This document shows positions 11,496 to 23,540 of a stretch of DNA of 56,931 nt, one piece after another. Source of the stretch: Chromera velia (taxonomy: Eukaryota); the NCBI GenBank assembly GCA_018398765.1, contig JAHBMJ010000092.1, forward strand, positions 1 through 56,931, written 5' to 3'. The notes under the pieces were generated by a model. That model searched no databases and was not told the DNA's origin. It worked only from the letters and a program-made list of their open reading frames with translations. The position numbers and the translations under genes are program-made. Positions within the stretch are counted from its first letter, which is position 1, and each line of letters begins with the position of its first letter.

Positions 11496-14449
11496 TAGGG
11501 ATAGCTATCGTATCGTATCGGTATTGAATCGGTATCGTATCGGAATTTAAGGTTCCCAAAAAAAGGGGTATCGTCGATAATTTCGATACTGACATAAAAT
11601 TTTTAGCGTACGAGGTTGAAACCTAGTGCGATCCGTATCATTCATAAACTGTAAACTTTTTGTAAAAATCTTATGTTTTTAAAAAGTCAACTTTACTTAG
11701 AAAATGGGCTCCGAAACGTTTAGAAGGCCATTGACAAACTATAAGAGGGGCTTCGCCCCGCTAACCCCCCCCTTAAAAAGAGTTAACACACTATAAGATT
11801 GAGAATGACTTTATCAACACGTTGTTATTGGAAATCTCATACCAGACACAAACTGTTAGACTTGATTTTATTCTGATGTGCGTGCCAAAATCACCTAAAT
11901 GCAAGTGGATGCATACAAAATTTACAGTAAAACGCAGACATCCACATGCTATTCTGCACTCACGAAGGAACCATGTAGATTTGTAGCATAAAGAAGAAAA
12001 AAGAAAAAACAAGCTACGCAGCAAGTAGCTTAGGTTAGACTCTCTTGGGTGACGTGGTGGTTGATACTCAGCGAGCGGAGTGAAGAGAAAATTGAGGTCA
12101 AAGGTCTGATAGTGTGTAACGGTCTGTATACTTATTTGTATGTGTATGCATCTCCATGAAAATTAACTAATACGCAAAACGGCCTGCTGAGACTTCAAAG
12201 CTGTAACAATTTGACGGAATACATCTATGGTAAGACACTCCTTAGCTTTCTAGACTTTGGGGAAGCCCCCTCTGGCCTCCTCCTTCCTCTGTGGAGCGGG
12301 TATAAGTGACAAACTCACCTGTCATTCCGGGGAGGGCAAATCCAGTTGAGGAAAAACAAACACAACACTGCTTGCGGTATTAGGAGTTCTTTCTGCATAA
12401 ATGAAAGGATGAAGGAGACTGAGACAAACACGTTGGACTATAAAGGTTCTTACAGGGAAACAGATAGATGGTCTTGGTGTGTATTCACAACGCGGCGGCG
12501 GGTTATACAGATGTGCATGGACCAATTAGAACCTGCCGCCAGACCTTAAGTGGCTCAAAAATTTCAAGGGGAAAAGGAACAGTCCTCTGTTCCCTTTTCC
12601 CCCCTGAATTCAAAGTAACGACCCTAAGAGACGTCAGTTCGCCTCTTTAGACTCTCTCTAGCTGCTTGGTGTAGAAAAAAACGACTCCCAGACTCACAGG
12701 GAGTCCAAAGAACGGACGTCTAAGGTCTGACATCTGAAGAGGCCAAAGTGGCTTTCCTGGACTCAGAAGTTCAGAAAGGGCTGTGGTACATCAATAATGA
12801 TAGAATGTATACCAACACGCTCCATCTGGTCCAGGTAAGTTAGTTCCAACAGGGGATAAGGAATGGTTGATGCACTGTGGACTTTAACTGACAAGTCTGC
12901 TCATGAACAGAAAGATACACTCCAGATGGCGCCCTATATCAAATTGCCGGAAGGGCTTTTTCCTTCTTAAGCACTTCAAACCTGCAGCCATCATATAAAA
13001 GTACTGCCCAACACTCATATGCTCCTGTCTGGAGGGAAAGAGCAGGACAGAACCACTTACCGGGGGAGCTGGAGGTCGATTAATACCCCTGAGACGCCAA
13101 TTCTCCACAACAGGAAGACAAAACAATCTCGTCTTCCCATAACTAGCAGACTCACCAAGAACCTATCCTGCTGGCCTGGGAAGATAACAACAGACACAGG
13201 GCATTGGGCAAAATTGCTGGGGATCGATTCTACGGCCTCCTGGTAGAAAGAAGGAATGTTGCTTTGGAGGCCTGGGAGGTACTTTCCTGACTGGTCCAGA
13301 CTGGAGCTGCCAAACACGCCAAAGCAGATCAACTACGCCACAAGACTTCACCCTGACACAGAGGCAAGCTGTCTAGTACTAGGGGAGCGGAATTGTGCCA
13401 GTTTGACCATCGGTACTGCTCTACACAACAAGGTAGACAAGAAGGGACGAGAGGATGAAATGACCCTTCTCTGTGTATTGGTGTGCTTTTTGAGCATTCT
13501 GAGCACAATTTCGGGATTTTGAACGTGGCCCCGGAAAGTTTTGGCCCAAATTCTTGCACCAACGCACTCAGTGGCCTCTGGGGATCAATTTGGTGCCTTT
13601 CTGGGCCCTGGGCACCACCGAAATCACGCGGACCGGCTTAACCGGCTCAAAAATTTCAGACCCTTCTAATTGGTCCATACACATCTGTATAACCACCTTC
13701 CGCGTTGCGAATTTTATGATTTACAGGGTGTGAAAACCATTGCTGGAAGCTAAGTCAACGTCAAAAAACGAGTAGCGAGTTGGCTGACCTTTCTGAATCT
13801 CAGTTCGCTCATGTTGACATCTTGGTTGATCCGGTCATTCCTGAAGCTCCAAGACGGCACAAAAAGAAGAGACAGCACTGTGAAAAGACGATTCTTAGAC
13901 TACTGTCCTTAAGCTGTTTGAACGTTAGCCAGTGAGCCAACTCCTAGGCCAACTCCGACAGGGCAACAACGGGTTAAGCAACTCTGCATGCTGAGGAGAC
14001 GAAATTTTTATCTGCCTGACGTTTATAATATGCCCACACCTTACCTTGTCTTTTCCCCTTCTGGCTTTTATGATGCTTTAATTGTCCAGAAGCGGTTTTG
14101 TTCAGAAAATGGAAATGATGAAGCTCTGTTAGATCGGATGCAGTGTATATGCAGTCTTGTCTTGAAGCCAAGTCGGGCTGTTCTGGCCGCTGAGGCTGAA
14201 TTCAGTGCACGTTGGAGCCGGTTCCGCATTCATTCATGCATGGAGCTGGTTAGGGACGGTATACGTGTTACTGGGCCCGCGGCCGCACCCGGTTTTCAAG
14301 CACCGAGGCCCGGCCCGGCGCGCGCCTTGCCCAGCTAGTCCTTCATAGGCTCTAAGCAGGCCGATACTAACCGATACTCGGCCGCTCGAGAAAGAACCGA
14401 TAGTCGATACTTCAATACCGATACCAATACGATACGATAGCTATCCCTA
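11496..14449. mobile_element. Non-autonomous hAT-like TIR element
   Basis: TIR TAGGGATAGCTATCGTATCGTAT with subterminal (G/C)GTATC repeats; 8-bp TSD CATCCATC (11488-11495) / CATCTGTC (14450-14457). Confidence 0.85.
12486..13709. mobile_element. Nested 1.2-kb TIR element of uncertain superfamily
   Basis: ~46-bp imperfect TIR C(A/G)CAACGCGG...GGTTATACAGATGTG(C/T)ATGGACCAATTAGAA; flanks TATT/AATT. Exact termini uncertain by a few bp. Confidence 0.8.
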
Positions 14450-14806
14450 CATCTGTCTTAATCCGTCTTCTCCTCATATGATAGATTCATGGGACCCTCA
14501 TCTTTCTAAGGGGGGTCTGACAAGCTTGGGCATACACGCTCAACATGATTGATTCTCCCGGCCTTTGTGGCAGTCAGAGACTGTCAGGAAAATTAAGCAC
14601 GTTCAAAAACAAAAATAAACTAAAAAGCAGTAACCTAGGTAGTAACTAAGAAACAACGTTCCAGAATTTTCACCTCTTCTATTTGCATGTCTGCTAGTTT
14701 GCATTCTCGTTGTTGTAATATGTTAAATCACCTTTGCAGGAGTTTACAGATATTTGGCATCACCATGTAAACTGACTACAATTTACTGTAACTAGCCTGG
14801 CCTGTC

Positions 14807-14886
14807 AAAAAAAGCGGAGCGGGTAGGTTCGAACCCGGGACCTATCGTATGGGATGCAGGTATCCCACGGACTGAGCTATACGGGT
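14807..14886 (-). ncRNA. tRNA-like Pol III unit (pseudo-tRNA)
   Basis: A-box TAGCTCAGT, B-box GGTTCGAACC at tRNA-like spacing, then a T7 run. Acceptor and T stems do not pair. Confidence 0.6.
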
Positions 14887-15339
14887 ATGTATGGTGCGAT
14901 GTGTGGGTGTGGGTAGTAAATTGTAAGCGTATGTATGCGTAGGCATAGGTGATGTAGATTTTTGTAGGTGTCTCATCTAAAAATGGTTCCCTTCAGGGAG
15001 AATAGGTTTGTGTTGTGTACTTTTGGTGTATTCTCTGAGACGTCCGGAGTATGGTAAAGGTTCACAATGTGTTATATTTTGAAAGGTTGTCCTGGCGTGT
15101 AGAGTGTGGGTTATGTCCATTGCATCTGATTGGGTCGTGTTTGTGGTAATTGAATACCAGAGACGAGGCAGCCCTCATTGTCACTTCATTCTCTGTTCTT
15201 CTGTGGAAGCAAGCGAAGCTGTGTACAGAACGTTAGTATGAGCGTCCCTCCAATGCGGAGGTGGGCCAAAAAGGCTGTCTATCTGTCTGTGATTCAGGAA
15301 TAGTACGTAGAACTCCTGAAATTTCATGCGACCCCATAT

Positions 15340-16169
15340 TTGGTCAAATATATTAATGAGCAGGTGCTCTTTTTAAACCACAACCGGCAGGAAATGACAG
15401 GGACCCCGCCGGCTCGTGCTGTCCTGTCCCCTTTTGTGATCACAGGGTGGAAACTGNNNNNNNNNNNNNNNNNNNNNNNNNNNNNNNNNNNNNNNNNNNN
15501 NNNNNNNNNNNNNNNNNNNNNNNNNNNNNNNNNNNGGGGGGGGGGGGGGGGGTCGGCCTGAACAAGACATGGATTGCCGATGGGATTGTTTTTAAAGTTG
15601 TGTGGAACTGTATCGAAGGCAATAGTATGGCAGCCTTGGAGACGCATCTGTGCAGAGCTGTTGATACAGTTTTCGCTGAGATTGCCATATACCATGCAGA
15701 GCTCAAGACACACAAATTCAGCATCTTGAGAGATCCTATTCCCACCATGAGATTCAATCAGAGTCTTCCTCCTGTGCTTCCTGTGGCCGCGGCTCCTGTG
15801 CTTCCTGTTACCGCAGCTGCTCCTATGGACCTGTTTGGTACTGTGAATTTGGATGATCTGGATGAAGTTTTGGGTGATGGGGGAGGGAGTCAGGTTCAGA
15901 CTGAAGCAAGGTCGGGTGAGGGCAGTGGGAGTGGTGAGGGCGAGAGGGAGGAAGGAGAAAGGGTTGAGGAAAAGCAGATGGAAAGTGGTCGTGTGAGTGA
16001 GAACAGAAGCAGAGACAGAAGCAGTGCTACACCTGTTGTCACTTCGAAGCGTCAGCGCGTGGAAGGGACAGAGGGAGATAGCAGGGGGGATGGAGAGGCG
16101 GCGGAAGATGCCGGGGATGGAGAGGCGGCGGAAGGTGCTGAAGGACCTCTTTTTGGGCCTGAGGACTGA
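15340..16169 (+). pseudogene. Cargo or accessory ORF in the Helitron, unknown function, crossed by an N gap (15457-15535)
   Basis: Protein-like reading on both sides of the gap, with an acidic Gly-rich tail; convergent with RepHel. Confidence 0.4.
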
Positions 16170-16699
16170 AGTGAGTTATTTACTTATGCTTTTAGACCAA
16201 AAAGACGCCTGAGACTCTCTTTTCCCTACGTATAGCCTTTTGCTCAGCCTACACAAACAACTATTTGTTTGATCAGAGGTGTAGTCTTGTGTGCTTGTCT
16301 GTGAGGTTGTGAGGCCATAACGGTTGGATCGATGTTAATGATCAGTGAGAGTCCAAGATAAGTCAATATATTGGGATAGATTCCGAAACTTGACGCACTT
16401 CATGGCTTTGTCTGCAAGCATAACCTTTTATTAATTTCTATATGTGTAGATGGTGTTCGTTGAAGGCAGCCTCTTGGGGGAGGTGGGTAGGGGACCGGAC
16501 CTTGGTGAAGAGGCAGGGACCGCAGGGTTCAGGTGCAGAAAGCATGTTTTGTCAGGGGTCATGCCGTCGGGTACGAAAGCTGCCAACTGCACAGAGAGAG
16601 AGCGAGGGATATGAATTGGAAAAAAAGGAAAAAAAAGGGAAAGAAGAAAGTTTAACACACTGTCAGAGACGGAAAGCATCGACTGACTTCTGAAGATCT

Positions 16700-17724
16700 C
16701 GGCAAGTTGTATCTCCGTCGATCAAGCCCGTCAGTCACTGACAGCATCACTCCGTATTGGGATGTGTTGGGGTCTGTGGCCTACAATAAAAGGGGAGACG
16801 GCGTGGATATCCGCTTAAATCTGCTGTAAAATGGTGTGGCGAAGATCGGGGCGGTTGGAGAGTCGGGTGGTAGTCTGCTGATCAGGATCGAGAGTCCACA
16901 TCTGTGCGAAAACGGGCGGTGTGTTTGGATGGCCGGGGTATGAGGGATCCCATTCTGTGACAGAGGCTACCCCCTATCTTGAATAACTGGACCCCTGCAG
17001 GTAGCCGCCTCACTTCTACACCCTGGGATGCAAAAGCAAATGCGTTGTTGTATGAGCAGATGTTTGTGAGAAAGTGGGTACGGTCTTGGTGGACGGGTGG
17101 AGACGGCTGGCCTTGCCTGAATTCTTTGGGTGCGACCTGGAGGCGGGTTGCAATGCTGGGCACAGGAGGGGAGAAGGAAGCAAAGGACACTTGGCCGTAT
17201 TGACAGTAGATCCCCCACTTGTTTGCCTGAGTGTAGTCGTTTTCTGCTGACGCCTCTTTCTCCCACACGTGTGTTTGACACTGTGGACAGATCTGCCAGC
17301 TACCGAGAGACCTCATATGGGGGGCGAAATTGCTTGTCATCTGTAGCAGCAACCGAGGGTGTGCCTGCCACTCAGGGGGGGCTCCCTGCACTGGAGTAAG
17401 ACCTGTTCCCTGTAGTGTGAGGGTCCCTGTGTGGGGTGTATACCTGTGGTGTCGAAACAGGCCGGAACGGCCGTTCTTGACATCGTCGTACCCATACACA
17501 GTAGAAGGCCCTGAGGGGATGGATGCAAACGTATGTTGGACGGCTTGTGGTACCACAGGGATAAGTACGGGTGGAGCAGGGAATGACAGTGGAGGGAATT
17601 GCGGAGGGACCGGTGGGAGAGGTGGGGGCGGGGCTGGCAAGACAGCAGGATGGACATACTGAGCTCCGAATGGTACAAGTTGTGGCGGCGGGTGGTGCAT
17701 GGGTGGTGGAAGGTTATGGAACAT
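16700..17724 (-). pseudogene. Helitron RepHel N-terminal fragment
   Basis: CPQC..VWEKE, CQYGQV, FLTNICSYNNAFAFAS.G, FKIGGSLCHRMGSLIP, then frameshifted PVFAQMWTLD. No Rep or helicase domain follows. Confidence 0.85.
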
Positions 17725-18571
17725 TTTTTCGGCGGCCCCCTTGTATAAAAGACAAAAGAAGATACGATGCGATGGTCACAGTAGCATGGAGTCAGGAAAA
17801 ACTTTAAGGCGCAGTATTAAAGATGGAGGTAGGATATGAATTAAATAAGCAGCGCCTGGTGTTAAATAGACGGTGTTAAATCGTGAACGTCTAAATTTGA
17901 ATGACGCAGTGGAATCATAGTGCCTCCTGCTTCGCTGTAGTACCTCCTGCTTCGCTGTTTGCTGGTGTGATGGATTTGCTGCTGCTGGAGGAGGGCGCAG
18001 GCGGAGACGGCCTTCAACAGCCGGAGACGGCGAGGAGACGGTCATATATGGATGGGTAGACGGGAGGGCGACGGTGGTCCGTGAAAGCGAATGTGCAATA
18101 TAGTAATGGACTTTCCGGGGCCGTTCGCGCGTGGTTGGGGCGCGGGATTTGTGTCTAAAAAAACGTATGCAGGCGCGTGTGGCTAAAAAAAAAAGGCTCG
18201 CCGGGTTAAGTATAGTAGATTCAAGCCTGACGCACGGACGTTTCTTTAGTGTCTCTCTGGTCCTTTGTCGGGCCAGTATGCATCTTGCCTAGGCATAGGA
18301 CGCACGGACGTGGGTGGGCGGGACATGAGGGGGGTCCTAATCAAACCGGACCCCGCCGCCCACACTGCACGATTTTGGCCTTGTATGGGGAAGTTCTCCA
18401 GCATGCATCCTGACACTTTCTGGGTAACATGGCATGACCAGACGCACCCAGCTAGCTTGTTGAAAGTGCCAGACGTACTCTGTTTCTGTTTTTTGTCCTG
18501 CTGAGCCGTCGCAGGGGGCTGTTGAGCTCGTCTGCTATAGTTGTTGATTTCTTGTTTAGAGACGGCCTAGC

Positions 18572-19837
18572 ATGGATCCTGCTGAGGAGGCATCAGGAAC
18601 GGCCCAGGACAAATAGCCAGTGTTTTTTAAGTCCACTGAGGAGAGGGGAAAAGGATATACGCTTTTCGTTAATCCCCATTTGCTCACGGCGAGCCCAAAC
18701 ATTGTTGCAGAGTTCAGTCTTGATGAGTTTACTTGGCTGTGGGAGGTGTACAACAGAGAAAATCACGCTGCTTTGGCAGAGCGGAAGCGCCAGCAAAAGC
18801 TCTGGAAGGAACAAGGCAGAGCACCCAAGACCTTTCCCGACTTCCAGCTTCCTCCACAGGTCTGTTCTGTCGGTGTTGTGGAGATCAAAGGCAATAACCT
18901 TCTCTTTGTTCATGCACTGACCGTCTCCTTTCTGCCCTTCACAAGAGTGACCGTCGTTTCCTTCGTCCAAGCACCCTCTGGCACATCCAGAGGGAGCTAG
19001 GAGTGCTGAGAGGCACCCGCTTTTCCTGTCTGCATGGTCTGTCCTCTCTGTTTGGCTGGTCCCTCTATATGTTTGGCTCGTCCCAATCACTCTGGCTTGC
19101 AGGTGACTCTTGTGAAGGGCGCCACGTGGGAAGACTCTTGCCTGATCACCCCACCCCAGTCGTTTCAGAATGGTCGTCTCTCTTTTGATGACGAGGATGA
19201 GATCCCCCCCAGCCAAGAGATCAGGGGGGGCTTCGTCCTTCGGCAGTCGTGGAACTTTGGAAGCCGGGAGTTCCACTTGCTGACGCTTGCACTTCTGAGC
19301 GTCTGCAGTGATGGGGTGTGGATTTTCTGGTCCCGGCAGAACAAAGAAGCCTGTATGATGCGACTTCGTGTTGAAATACAGAACGTCCCCAGGATCAGGT
19401 AAAGCTTTCCAATGGGGATATCCGGTTGTGGAGAGGTTTACACCGCAGTTTTGTTTCCGAGAACGGAGAATGGGTGAACTCGAGGAGTACCCTGGGAAAC
19501 TTTGTAGTGCTTACCAAGAAGACGAAGGGGGGGGCAGGCAGTATTGCAAAGAAAGTTCACCCATTCAGGAATGCTGGATAGCTCGTTTGGGACCAGGGGG
19601 AAAACGAGAAAGGGGAAAAAGGACACCCCTTTTTTCAAGGGTGCACCCACGCCTCCAAAAAAGAACTTGAATTCTCTGAAGAGTGTTCGTTTGTCTTCCC
19701 TGCCCTATTGGTAGGCAACTTCCGTAGCCCCCGGTACCCCTCTAGTCGAGAGAGAGGGTGATTCTGACGACGAAGAGGAAGGGGGAGCGGGAGGAGGGGC
19801 TGCAGCCGCCCAAGGAGGGGCCGCAGCCGCCTAATGA
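18572..19837 (+). pseudogene. Degenerate spliced coding region, probably the N-terminal part of the transposase gene
   Basis: MDPAEEA..FQLPPQ, then a GTCTGT..TTGCAG intron, then VTLVKGATW. The acidic frame at ~19745 runs into the 19838 ORF through TAA TGA. Confidence 0.45.
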
Positions 19838-22084
19838 GTGGGGCCGATGGAGGAAGAAAGAAGGGAGGAGGATGAGCCGATGGATGGGGGAGGGGAAGGG
19901 ATGGGAGGGGAAGGGGGCGCTGCCCCGATGGAAGTGGATGCCGAGGCTCAAGAGGGAGGAGGCGAGGGTCAGCCCCTTGTTCCTTTAGAAGATGTCGCCC
20001 CAGTTCACGTTGAGGGAGAGGGTCAGGAAAGGGGGGAGGGAGGGGAGGGGGAGGGAGGAGGGGGGGGGGAGGAAGATGGTGAAGGGGTAGGCTTTGCGCT
20101 GATGGAGCCCATTAATCAACAGCAAGCGCGTGCACGGGGGGGAGCTAGAGTGGGGGCTGGAAAGAAGGTGGGAAGTAAGACCAGATGTTTTGTAGAAGAG
20201 AAAGTTGATGCAGGAAAGATTGAAAGAAACCTAGGCTTCTACGTCGGGGAAGACGGTGATGAGGATTGCGCTCGTGGGGTATCGCTCCTTCTTCACTTGC
20301 ATCAGATGATGCAGAACAGAGCGTGGAGGGGTAAAGGAGACGTAGAGAATTCCTCTTGGTCCCCTAATTTTCAGAAGCGAGTCTCAGGGGGGGAAGGGGA
20401 GGGAAACCAACAGAAACGAGTGAAACTCGACACCCTCAGGAGGACGCGGCAGCTCCACATTGCGCTGCTGTTCCTCGTGGGAGAGGTCGAAGAAACACGC
20501 AAGTTGCAGCGCAAATGGACGACAAAGAAGCGAAAGAGAGGTGGTGAGAATGGAGAGAATGATGGTGTGGGTGAGGATGATGAAGAGGATGGTGATGGGG
20601 ATGAGGGTGTCTACTCTCTTGACGGAAAGGATCTCGATGAGTGGACTGGGTACAAAGCACACAACATCTGCAGTCTTTGCACAGAGAATCTCGATGGATT
20701 GAGAACAGAAGAGAAACCAAAATTCTTTTGCCCCACACAGTGTGAGGGGCCAGCGCAGGGTCCCCCCCCTCTCACAGAAGCAAACCGTCGTGCACTGCCG
20801 TGGTTCCCCATCGACAGGGGGCACGAGCTTTTTGAGAAATGTCATTGTGAGGAGAGGGGGGAGGGGGAACCACATTCACAAAAGTGTGTGCGGAAAGTGA
20901 AGGCAGATGCTGCGAAGGAGGGGTTCACTCATTGTCCCGTCTTTCCGAGAGGGCAGAAGATGGAGAAAGTGGGATTAGACTGTTTGCATGGGGCGGGGAT
21001 GAGGTCGCAAGAAAAAACGATGGAGGAGGTTCGGGCAACGAAGTGGGGCCTCGCTGTGAGGGATGGGTGCATCAAAGTCCCCGAGGGTGCAAAGCACAAA
21101 AAATTGAGAGAGGCACTGAACAAAAACAAAGACCATTTGAAAGAAATCACAAAAGAGAAGGAAGAAGAAACAGAAGAAGCGGAGGACAGACAGGCTGATG
21201 CGAGAGCCAACACCCAAAATGCCCCATACGTGCCTCTAATGGATGAAGAGGAAGAGGGGGTGGTACAGCGTGCATACGAACCCACAGTTGAAGGAGTGAC
21301 ACAAACCGCAAACGCACTTTTCCCCCTTGTTGAAGAGTTTTGCAAAACAAAAGAGGTGCTTGCCAGCAATGGGGAGGGGGGAGGAGACTGTGGATGCGGG
21401 AGGGGGGAGGAGTGTCACGTGAAACACCTTCTCGCTCTTGAGAAGTATCTGGAAGGACGCTCGTGCGAGATGCGTTTCTGCCCAATCAAAAACAGCAAGG
21501 GTGAGTGAGTGTGCAAGAAAATCAAAATGAACGGCAGAGATTCAAAGAAAATCACAGAAGATATTGAGATCATATTCAAGCTGCTGCACATCCCGCTCAA
21601 GACGCGTCTCTTCAGAGCAGTGGAGGCCTTTCTCGGCTGTGGTTTGACTGCCAGAAAAGTTTCTCGTCTGTCCTCGGAAGACATTGCAGACTTCCCCGAA
21701 ACAGCAGAGAGATGGGAAAGGAAATGGAAACGAGTCTTTGGAAAGCACTGGACTGCTTGGAACATGACCAGTCATTACATCTCCGTTCACACCTATATCC
21801 CTCTTCTCATGAAGGGCTCCTTCGGGAGACACTTCAACAACCAGGTCATGGAGGCCTCTTTTGGAGACATCAGACGTGTGATGCGCGGGGGGCAGGGAGG
21901 GGTTGGGGCAAACTGGGGAACGTCCGGTGGTTTTCAACGCAATCCGTTCTTTGATGTCATTTCTCGTGCTCAGAAGTGCACTTGGTTGGGGGCAGATCCA
22001 GAGAATGAGGGATTTTTTGCAGGGGGGGGGAGGAAGGACAAGAGACGGACACTTGGGAGGGCTGAGGGGGAAGAGGGGCCTTGA
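19838..22084 (+). pseudogene. RAG1/Transib/Chapaev-like DDE transposase with one in-frame TGA (21506-21508)
   Basis: Ordered motifs VKLD, HIALLFLVGE, DGK..G..CSLC, G...PVFP, LDCLH, KMNGRDSKKI, SHYISVH..GSFG..NQVME. Confidence 0.75.
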
Positions 22085-22273
22085 AACTCACCTTGCTCTT
22101 ATCTCTTCAGGAGCCTCTTGTAGAGAGGCTTCCTCACTGCCCGCCTGGCGCCTTGTCCAGAAGAGGAAGAGGAGGAAGAGGAGGCAGCCTGTGCCTCTCC
22201 TTGGCACCCTTCGTCTGCATGCATGCAGGCACATATGATTTATGAATCCATTGATGACGATTGTTACCGACTG

Positions 22274-23540
22274 TCATGAAACCTGATGCATGAATGAATG
22301 AACATCTGTGAATGTGTATCTATGAATGTGTGTGTGGATCATCACAAATTCGCTAGAAGAATTTACAAGATCTAGCTGAGAGAAGACAATTAAGTTACTT
22401 TGGATTGCTAGGGGCCGGCCTGCCCGGCGGCCTTTCGTGCCTCCAGTTCTATCGTGACGGTCGTCCTCAGAGGCCTCCAACTCTGAGTCGGTCTCCATTG
22501 CGATGTCCCCCCCCGCACCACCAGCCATCACGGGCTCTGAATAGAACCATACTTGAACTGCACACAAGAGACGAGATTATAAGACGAATCAATGATTCAG
22601 AACACAGGATACAAGTTAAAAGGACAGAATCAGATTAGTGGAGCCCTTACGGACCTTTCCTGTCCAGTCTTTCTTTCCCAGTGTCATCGTCGTCGACAGA
22701 AACATCGGCTTCCCAGATTTTAAAGTTAGTAAGTTCGAGGAGCTCCACTCGCCTAGTGTGAGGCACCGCCTCGATAAAGCCCTTTCCCCGAGAATTCACC
22801 CCACAGGGGCCACCGCCTGCATTAGACCACTTGCGCAGTCGGAACACAAGGGCGGGCTTGTCCGCCAGCAGCACCTCATCCACCGGGACATCCTCATCCC
22901 AGCTACTAGTATCCCAATAACTCCCCCGCCGCTTTTTGACCCGCACCTGGAACAAACATCCAAGGTTGGATGCCCAAAAACACCTGCACCCCCTTCCAAG
23001 AAAGGCCGACCACTGTCTTTTTTCCCGTCTTCTTGAAGACCATCCCGTTCTTTATGTCTTCGAACCACCCCTTCACATCTCGCTCCGAGGCTCTCGCGGA
23101 CCCAGCCAGACGGGAAGCAGGGAAAAGAAAGCACGTCTGCGACCAAGACATCGGGAGGTCGTCCCACTCGTGCTGCTGCAGGAGAGAGAAGAAATCCAGC
23201 AAACTCTTGGGATCGCAGAAAATCCCCTCCTCGACAGTAATCCTCCCAGGAAGCCTAGCACGGACCTTCTGGGCGTCAGCATCACTGAAAGCAAGCAGAA
23301 AGTCAGGAAAGGGAGCCTTCAGATGTCTTCCTCTCTTCTGCAGATGCTTCAAAACCCAGCCCGAGATAAGCTGTTGCACTGCTTTCAAAGACAAAAACAG
23401 CAGCAGGGACTGTGGAAAGGAGAGTGCTACTCAGACAAAGAGCTCAAATCAACCACACGACTTGTATTGATTGAATGGGGGCTACCACCTTGCTTCAAGA
23501 TTCCTCTCAAGTCTCTGCCCTCTTGGGGGCATTTCCTTCA
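22274..23540 (-). CDS. Accessory gene of the RAG1-like element, spliced, unknown function
   Basis: Consecutive protein-like frames 23394-22906, 22955-22647 and 22567-22274 can be joined by short GT-AG introns (acceptors TTCCAG ~22947, GTGCAG ~22558). Start codon unresolved. Confidence 0.55.

Larger units (their letters stand above)
14792..18219 (-). mobile_element. Internally deleted Helitron
   Basis: Minus strand begins A|TCTACTATACTTAA (18219) and ends CTAG|T (14792); contains a RepHel N-terminal fragment. No clear 3' hairpin, so the 3' end is less certain. Confidence 0.75.

Noticed and set aside
14310..14339. Helitron-like 3' end (GGCGCGCGCC..CTAG|T) inside the hAT element
   Set aside because: No matching 5' end identified; may be a GC-rich promoter remnant.
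14807..14886. Functional tRNA gene
   Set aside because: Acceptor and T stems cannot pair, and the anticodon cannot be assigned.
18229..18241. GACGCACGGACGT as an alternative left end
   Set aside because: Matches only the first ~11 bp of the TIR; the full match begins at 18301-18303.
18303..18345. 12/23 RSS structure in the RAG1-like TIRs (and CACAGTA at the 48645 end)
   Set aside because: No ACAAAAACC-like nonamer at 12 or 23 bp, and the TIRs are symmetric.
18593..19276. 227-aa minus-strand ORF
   Set aside because: The plus strand has the splice signals and continuity with the transposase, so this is probably a shadow ORF.
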